Positions 33,000 through 40,640 of a stretch of 40,640 nt of DNA are shown here, piece after piece (position 1 is the first letter of the stretch; each line of letters opens with the position of its first letter). The position numbers and the translations under genes are program-made. The stretch covers positions 1-40,640 of the forward strand of contig JAVECL010000169.1 in NCBI GenBank assembly GCA_051942245.1, read 5' to 3'. Source of the stretch: Trypethelium eluteriae. Its lineage: Eukaryota. A model generated the notes under the pieces. That model was given only the letters and a program-made list of their open reading frames with translations, had not been told where the DNA came from and did not search any database.

Positions 33000-34483
33000 T
33001 CAAGCCAAATGCTGCCTCATCACGGTCGGAATGCGGTTATTGGGGAAAGCCAGGACAGGTCCCCTATTCACAGATTCGTACCACTGGAGCCAGCTACTGA
33101 CCAAGTATCCAAAGGATCCCCACATACTCGCAAGTGAACTTTGATATTCACACCACGTATAATCGTTTGAGCGAATTCCGAAAGAAGCAGACAATCTGTT
33201 TGAGTTCAGCAACGAGCGAAGGGCATGGAGGAAACCCAAACTTACAGAAATCCCACAGAGCCAATAGTCGCCCAAACTCCGATCCACCAGGCGATGCGAC
33301 TCGGGAAAGGTCGGTACCACTTTTCTTGTGTGATAATTGTGAACATTATACCCGCAACAAGGAAGCATACTGAGGCGACCGTCTGCGGAACCCAATACCC
33401 ACCCAATTCTTGCCATGGCTGAAGATCGGAGAGAATTCCAGGCAACGCGACGACTCCGCAGATCGAATAGAGCGTTGCACCGAACAACTGAATGCTGCAG
33501 GCAATATATCCCATGTCTTTGATATGGTACGTTTTCAGAGCGTGCCAGGTCGGCCACCAGCGCCAGGTTAGGTACTCGTGAAACTCGCCTTCTTCAATGG
33601 GACCATCGTCTACTCCGCCACGCCTTGGAGCAGGAGCTTTGCCTTCAGGATAGATAGATCCAGGCCTTTCGGCTCTGTCAATTGTTCTCCAACCAGCTTC
33701 AGGGTCAACCGACTTCTGTTTCTCGAGTTCTTCATCGTCCTCATCATCGTGATGATGGTGCGGTATCATATGACCGAAAAACATGTGCAGTTTCTCGTCC
33801 AGCAGTTGCTTCTGCTCCTCAACGTGTCCTTCGAGATGTCTCTTCATCGCCCGTCCCGCGAAGGAGCCATCATTAATCGCTTCAAAATACGCCATGGTGG
33901 CGCCGAGCTGATAGAGCAGAGCACCAAAAAAGAACAGCAGGCCGGTTCCATATTCGGACTCTCCAACAAATTCCGACTTGGGCCATTGAAGCGGCGTCCA
34001 TGCCCATGCACCATCGATCACAAAGAGGACAGATCCCCAGGTGTAAGACCAGCCGCTCCAGAAGGCCATATCCCAGTATGGAAAGGTGATGAACATCATC
34101 ATAGCGCTATATACGAAGTTTCTGATCTGAATATGGAGAGGCGGTTTGGGTAAGTCATCCATCGCAACAACGACACTAGACTGTCGCCTTTGGCGAGCTT
34201 CGCTTGGACCGCGCCCATGTTCACGATGCAAATGCAGCTTTCTCGATACTTTTGTCGCTGCATGCTTCGTAGTCTCTGTGAACTTAAGATGATGGTTCTG
34301 GGAAGAATCGCTGCTATCTGTCAGCACTACATGGTTGTCGTCCTTCTTATGGTTCTGTTTCGGGTCCGTGATCTCTGGACTGCTTGTAACGTTGCTCTCG
34401 GCCGCTACGTCAGAATTGCCGGTAGTGTTTTCGCTTTTCGGCCCATACTCTGGTTTTCTGAAAGTTGGTGCCGGTGATTCCAT
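33000..34483 (-). CDS. Fungal integral membrane protein with repeated YrhK-like TM hairpins (function unknown)
   Basis: Exons 34483-33246 and 33195-33000 (GTAAGT..CTGAA..CAG intron). Repeated W..G...WGSVLF / FFFGALLY / QLFGATLY / WATIGSVGF / MWGSFGY helices. The family call is from recollection of this motif pattern. Confidence 0.75.
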
Positions 34484-35296
34484 GGCGATGTTAGCAGCGT
34501 TCTGCAGGATACATCAAGAAAATGAAGGATAGCGACGAACGCCTCTGGAGGGCGGAAGAGGTCTCGCAAAGCAGCAGGGGAACCAAGACGAGAATCCAGA
34601 AACTAGACCGCTGTCCACTTACTAGCGAGTCAGCGACCAAGGCCTTATTGTTCATGCAACGTGGTGGAGGATTCCGGTAATGTGACTCTCGCAGGGAAGT
34701 TGCAATGACGTAGGGGGCAGGGCACAAGCAAATCACAGGTCACAAATGATAATGCAAGAGTATAGAGGATTGAAATTGCATAGCAAACCAATACGAGTGT
34801 GTTGAGCCTTCATAGTGCCCGGAGCTGAGGAGCTGAGGATGGGTAGACTAACCCCTAAGTGGCATGGCGGACAGTGAGAAGGGGAGATCAGGAGATGAAG
34901 GTCGAAAAAACAAGGAATACTGCTGGGATCCGCAACTAACGTTTACTGGTTTAGAATAAATAGCGTGAAGCTCGAGGATATCGCATTTCTCTAAAGAGGA
35001 AGACGGCATGGGTATATACCAGATGACCGCTTTTCCTCTGTAGACAAGATCTTATCTTCGGAAATAAATTCAGAGGGATAAAAAAAAATTTACTTTTATT
35101 CTTTTCTTTGAGTCTTTTGATAGAAGAACTATGCTGAGTAACACAGTGAACGCACATTGGTAGCATTGTGGACGTACGGATCGGTCGGGGAAGTATTCAG
35201 ATGCAGTACCACTGCAACACATGTCTCTGCCCCTTTCAGCACAGATTTTTATGTCGTTATTTCCCAGAATACCTTTGTAATAGAGCACGGGATCTC

Positions 35297-36797
35297 CTAG
35301 TCCTTTCCATTAACCCTTTGTGCAGGCTCTTCCAATGGCAACATCCTATGCTTCCACTGCCTCCCTTCCTTCCCTCCATAGTCCCCTGCCACCTGTCCCT
35401 TTCCCCTCACCTCATACTTGTATATAGTCAATCCCTCTAGGCCCACTGGACCTCTCGCGTGGATCTTATTCGTACTGATGCCCACCTCGGTACCAAATCC
35501 GAACCGCTGCCCATCCGCCATCCGCGTGCTCGTGTTGACGAACACGCACGCGGAGTCTACAGCAGCACAGAAGGTATCAGCTATTACAGACGAGGATGTC
35601 AGGATAGCGTCAGTATGGTGCGAGGAGTATGTGTTAATATGAGTAACTGCAGCATCTAGCGCTTTTTCAGAGGAAGAAGACGCAGGGATGGTTTTGATGG
35701 CAAGGGTCAGGTCAAGAAACTCGGTCATGTAGTCATCTGATGTCGCGGATGTGAGGAAGGCAGCCTGGTGCGCATCGAGGGTATCCTGTAGCGCGGTCAA
35801 GGATTCGGCATCGCAACGCAGACGTACGCCTTTTTCGAGCAAGGCTTCGGCCACTGCGGGAAGGTGTGTAGTGAGAGCGGCAGAGTCGACAAGGAGAGTC
35901 TCAACACTGTTGCAGGCGGCTGGATAGTTGGTTTTCGAGTCGATGACCACGCGAACAGCCTGATCCTTATCGGCGTCGGCGCAGAGGTAGATGATGCATA
36001 GACCGTCAGCGTGCCCGAGGATAGGGATGGTGGAATTCTTCTTGCAGTAGCTGACAAGGGAATTCGAACCTCGCGGAATGACGAGATCGATATATTTGTC
36101 TAGTTGAAGAAGCGGCTGGATGGCTTCGCGCGTCGTGACGAGTTGGAGGGCATCATTAGGGACAACAGTGGTGGTTAACGCGTGCGAAATGACTGTAGAG
36201 ATGGTTTTGAAGGACTCGCTAGTTTCGGAGCCGCCTTTAAGGATGGCGGCGTTGCCAGATTTGATGGCGAGGGAGGCAATGTTGGCGATGACTTCTGGGC
36301 GAGCTTCGAAAATGATGAGAAGAACACCAATGGGGCAGGATTTGCGTTGGCAAATGAGACCGTCGTCGAGTTCCATGCGATGGTCGACTTTACCGACTGT
36401 AGGGAGATTCATAAGTTATGCTGCCATGGAGAAATGAAAGATGAAAATGCGTATTCAACGCTTGAGTAGAGAATGGCATAGCATTGTCTGACCTACTCGG
36501 ATCCTCTAATCTCCTAACATCCAGAATTCCCTGGAGCATGTCTTCCCATTTTCCTGGTCGACCAAGATCGAGACGTTTCAGGATACTTTGACTTAGTTCA
36601 CCTTTTTCTGATGCATCCGAGGCTGAGACTAAGTCACATTTGTTCGCCATCAGAATACTCTCCTTGGCCTCTGCAAGTGCATTGTGAATAGCTGTCAAAG
36701 CATCATTACGTTCCTGTGTCGAGAGAATGGCAAGTTTGCGGGACGCTATCCGGGCTGCTTTGGCGCATTCAATAGGAGAGGCATTTGTAAGAGACAT
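35297..36797 (-). CDS. PRO2: Gamma-glutamyl phosphate reductase (proline biosynthesis)
   Basis: Exons 36797-36497 and 36396-35297. Motifs PIGVLLIIFEARPE, KSGNAAILKGGSE, IDLVIPRGS, YPAACNSVETLL, SHHTDAI, NTSTRMADG and GISTNKIHARGPVGLEGL. Confidence 0.96.
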
Positions 36798-36892
36798 CGC
36801 GCAAGAAATGGAGAGAGTGTTATTCCAAATTGTCCTCCAAGTTGAGCAATCGAATGTTTCAACAGAACGACAAAATTGTAAAAATTTTTAGA

Positions 36893-36899
36893 TGACTCA
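36893..36899. promoter_or_regulatory. Gcn4/CpcA consensus site upstream of PRO2
   Basis: ATGACTCAG lies about 100 bp upstream of the PRO2 ATG. Cross-pathway control of amino-acid biosynthetic genes through TGACTCA is established. Confidence 0.5.
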
Positions 36900-37566
36900 G
36901 AAACTGGGGACGGGGGGAAATGGTTGAGATGCTATGCTAGTCCTACTTAGTTCTGCTCTGTAGATTGCAACCAATGCTTCGATTTTTCAATATTCCATAG
37001 ATTTCGTAAGAGATCTTAGTGAAAGACTTCTTTTCCAAGCAGCCATGGAAACAAACAAGTAATTCTGTGGTGATAGCGTGTCTCGGAGGTTTGGTGATAT
37101 GGTCGCAGGTGGCGCAGGCCTCGACTTGCAGCGATAAGCGAGCCAATCCCTGTCTCCCAGCCTCCCCCACCCTCGTCACCCCTCCAACCTCCATCTTTTC
37201 CAACGAACAGCAGTTCACCATCACTCGTAATGCACGGAACCAGCAATATCGCCTTGCCACCTGCAGAGGGTAGCTGACGTATCATGACCCCTTTTAAATA
37301 TTGAAGGCTGGGTTCAATCAGAATCATATTAAAGCATTCGCATCGCATCGGTTTGTGGCTTTCCTCCCTTACTCTTGCCTACTGCGACTGCCCGTCCCTT
37401 GGTCGCCTTCTCCCTCCACACTTCGCTATACATATCTCACAGTGTTGTTTGCGTTGCTTCAAGTCTTCTTATCCTTGTTCAAACTGTCGTTGCCAGGGAG
37501 GGTTTTGTTGTCGCTAATAAACAGAGCTCCCTCCATAACCGTCCTGCGCTCGCCATCTCTGCAAAC

Positions 37567-39097
37567 ATGCGAACAACCAGCCTCCACTACAGCGTTCTCG
37601 CTACCTTCGCCCTCTCAATTGCATCTACACATGCTCAGACTTACAGCAATTGCAATCCTCTTACACAAGGTGGCTGTCCTGCAGACTCAGCACTAGGCAA
37701 ATCTGTCGACATCGACTTTACACAAGGAGCATCTGACAGCTTCACACCACAAGGCAATCCCACATATGGCTCCAATGGCGCCTCCTTTACAATCGCCAAG
37801 TCTGGAGACTCGCCTCAATTGACCTCAAAATGGTATATCATGTTCGGTCACGTCGAAATCGTGATGCAGGCCGCACCAGGTGCTGGCATTGTCAGCAGCG
37901 TCGTTCTCCAATCCGATGACCTCGATGAGATCGATTGGGAATGGCTCGGTGCTCAGCCTGACCAAGTTCAAACGAACTATTTTGGCAAAGGCCAGACGAC
38001 AACATACAATCGTGGTGCTTTTTCTTCCGTTTCAGGCTCGCAATCCGGCACGCATAAATACACTATCGACTGGACCGCTGACCAGATTGTTTGGCAAATT
38101 GATGGGAATACTGTTCGGACTTTGACACCCGCCAATGCAGATAACCAATACCCACAAACGCCCATGCAAGTCAAAATTGGAGCCTGGGCAGGTGGAGATC
38201 CAGCTACCAACCCTCCTGGCACCGTTCAATGGGCCCAAGGACCCGTCGTCTGGTCCCAAGCTCCCTTTACCATGGTCGTCAACAGCGTCTCCGTACAGGA
38301 CTACTCCACTGGAACTCAATACACCTATAGCGGCACCGCGGGTACCTGGGAATCCATCCAAGCGGTTGGTGGTTCTGTCTCCAGCGGCGGCACCCCCAGC
38401 GGTATAGACTCAAGCGCCCCAGCTATCACTTCGACTTCCTCAGACAATCCTATGCCTTTCGCAGGCACGCACAAGGGTTCATCAACATACGTGACGCCCT
38501 CTGAATGGCCGTGGGTCGGAACAGCGACCACCCTCGCAACCAGTGCCAGTGTCACGAATACCAATTATCCAGGATTGCCTAGTGGATGGACGGTCACTAG
38601 CTCTGGCAAGGTTGTGCCTCCGAGCTCGGCACCAGTGAGTAAGATCCTCCCTTCCCTAAACCCCAATTCACCCAAACCTCAGTAGCTAACATGTCCTCAC
38701 TCGATAGTCGACATCCCCACCCGTTTCCTCTACCTCATCGCCCTCAGTCTCGGTGCAGGCTTCTGCGCCCCTAGCTTCCGCTTCCGCGTCCGCCCCTGAA
38801 GGTGGAGAGGAGACCATCACGACCTACAACCAACAAGGCTTCTCTACCATCGCCACCGTACCGGTAGGCTGGAGCACCATGAGTAAGAGCTATGATTCGC
38901 AAGGCTTCCTAATCACACCTGGCCCAAGCAATGCTGCATCAGCCAGTGCAGCAGACTCAGCGCCTACAGGTGTTGCGGGTGCGATGCAAAGTCAATCGCA
39001 AACGATCAAGAGGCAGAGTGATGCTGCACCAACAATTGGCATTGCGAAGAGTTTAGGGGTTGCGTGTGCAATCGTAGGCGGTGTACTGATGCTGTAA
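37567..39097 (+). CDS. Crh-family GH16 chitin-glucan transglycosylase, GPI-anchored
   Basis: Signal peptide MRTTSLHYSVLATFALSIASTHA|QTYSNCNPL and catalytic motif DLDEIDWEW, then QTNYFGKG and YPQTPMQVKIGAWAGGD. Exons 37567-38634 and 38708-39097 end in the GPI-like signal SDAAPTIGIAKSLGVACAIVGGVLML. Confidence 0.93.
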
Positions 39098-39499
39098 TAT
39101 AGGACTTAAGAGATCATTCTTTGGGAGAGGTTATTGTTTTGGGTGGAAGTAATGCTTGGACTGATTGGGTTTAGCGATTGGAATTCTGGCGGCTTTGGAC
39201 GATTGATGACTCGGATAATGAAGGACCTGATTTGGTTGGGCATCGGACGCTCCCTTCGAGAGCTAGGTTTTGCATTAGGCGATTGTGATTCACAAGGTAA
39301 ATAGCATTACAGTAATCAGGAGGATCGAATGTAAATACGAAGAAAGTATTGAGCAATCACACTGCGTACAAACTTCTTTTTCGCACTTTACCTCCAAGGC
39401 CTCTTGGGCAAAAATCTGCCCAAGCTCCCCTGAGCATGTCCTTCCATTGTCTTATCTGTACCTTAATATGATCGTCGACAGGCTCCCACATGTTCCTAC

Positions 39500-40640
39500 T
39501 TACGCCTCTGCAGCAGACCATAATCCAACTCGCACGCCCTCTCCAGGCTGCAGCACAATATCACTCTTCAGCGTCGGACGCTCTTGCATCCGACATTCAA
39601 TATGTTCAAATTTCTGGAGAAGTCTGACAAGCGTGTATTGCATCTCGGTTAGAGCAAACTGCTGGCCAATACAGATGCGGGGACCACCGTTGAAGGGGAT
39701 GTAGCTGCAAGAAAGGATGTCAGCAGACCTATGAGGTTTGAGGAATGGAAGAAGAGGAATAAAAGGAAAGAGATAGGGAGGATCGGGTTAGACATACGTC
39801 CAGCTCTTTGGTGTCCAATTTTCCCATCGCTCCGGCACAAAGTCTTCAGGATCAAAGGCAGCCTTTTCAGGCGAGCTCCAGGACGAAGGATAAATATCCT
39901 TTCTCCGCTGCATCATCAGCGTGGAATACCCTATGGGAGTATCCTTCAGTATCCCAATCGGCTGGTTCCCATCCGGCCCGCCTCCAGACGGCAGCGTCGT
40001 ATCCTTCATCGCCACCCGCACATTAAACGGCACAACCGGATACAGCCTCAGCGTCTCATCCAAGACATGCTTCAAATACTTCATTTCCTTCAAATCCTCA
40101 TACTCCGGCTCCCTGCGCCTCCCCACCCTCTCCAAAATCTCTCGCCTCAACTTCCCCAACACATTCGGATGCCTCGACAACTCAAACACACACCAACTCA
40201 ACGTACACGCGGTGGTGTCTCTCCCCGCCAACAGCGTCGCCACCAATTGATCCCTAATAACGACGCGCTCCCGCGTCTGGCTCGCCAACGCATGCAAAAA
40301 CGTATACCCCTCGTCGCTCTTGCTCCGCCGCTCCAGCTCCTCCGGGCTCAGCCGCAGCGCCCGCTCAATGAACTGGTTCACAAACACATTCAGCTTCGCG
40401 ATCTGCCGCCGGAAGGCGCGACGCGGAACTAGCACGTTGAATGGGCCCGCACGTGCGATTAGGCTCTGCGTGTGCTGCACGGCGGAGAAGGCGTGCGCGA
40501 ATTCCTGCGCGGGCTCTGCGAGGCTGTTGACGGAACTGCCGAAGAGGAAGTCGGTTGCTGCGTCGAGGGTCATGCGGAAGAAGAGGTCTGCGATGTCGAC
40601 GGTGGGTGGGGGGGTGGTGGTGCTGGAGGAGGTGCTGGAG
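39500..40640 (-). CDS. Cytochrome P450, CYP52 clan (alkane/fatty-acid hydroxylase-like); 5' part outside the window
   Basis: Exons from the window edge to 39798, and 39704-39500. Motifs [15 protein letters not shown]-helix [20 protein letters not shown] and heme motif [15 protein letters not shown]; stop TAA at 39502-39500. Confidence 0.93.

Noticed and set aside
22688..40640. MFS transporter plus P450 as a secondary-metabolite cluster
   Set aside because: They are 15 kb apart, and no PKS, NRPS, terpene synthase or cluster regulator is in the window.

Overview
This is eukaryotic DNA from a filamentous ascomycete (Pezizomycotina-type short GT-AG introns with CTRAC/CTRAT branch sites), so the six-frame ORF track fragments most genes; I rebuilt exon structures by hand. 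About 15 protein-coding loci are supported. In order: a partial secreted Ser/Thr/Ala-rich protein, a Pth11/SAT4-like membrane protein, a GH64 beta-1,3-glucanase, an interrupted ~1310-codon Upf1-like SF1 helicase, FEN1, glutaryl-CoA dehydrogenase, UBC4-type E2, LPD1, an MFS efflux transporter, an uncharacterised Cys/His + UIM-repeat protein, GH20 hexosaminidase, RPL18, an integral membrane protein, PRO2, a Crh-family GH16 and a partial CYP52-clan P450. No tRNA, rRNA, CRISPR array or intact transposon was recognised. The most unusual items: (1) the intronless helicase, broken by one -1 frameshift and one in-frame TAG that gates an RGG tail; (2) a ~170-nt nested multi-branch fold at 6322-6495; (3) tandem splice donors in the GH16 gene that could give two different hydrophobic C-termini; (4) a 5-nt FEN1 microexon carrying a catalytic Asp; (5) the UIM-array protein. 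All family calls come from motif recognition, not database searches.
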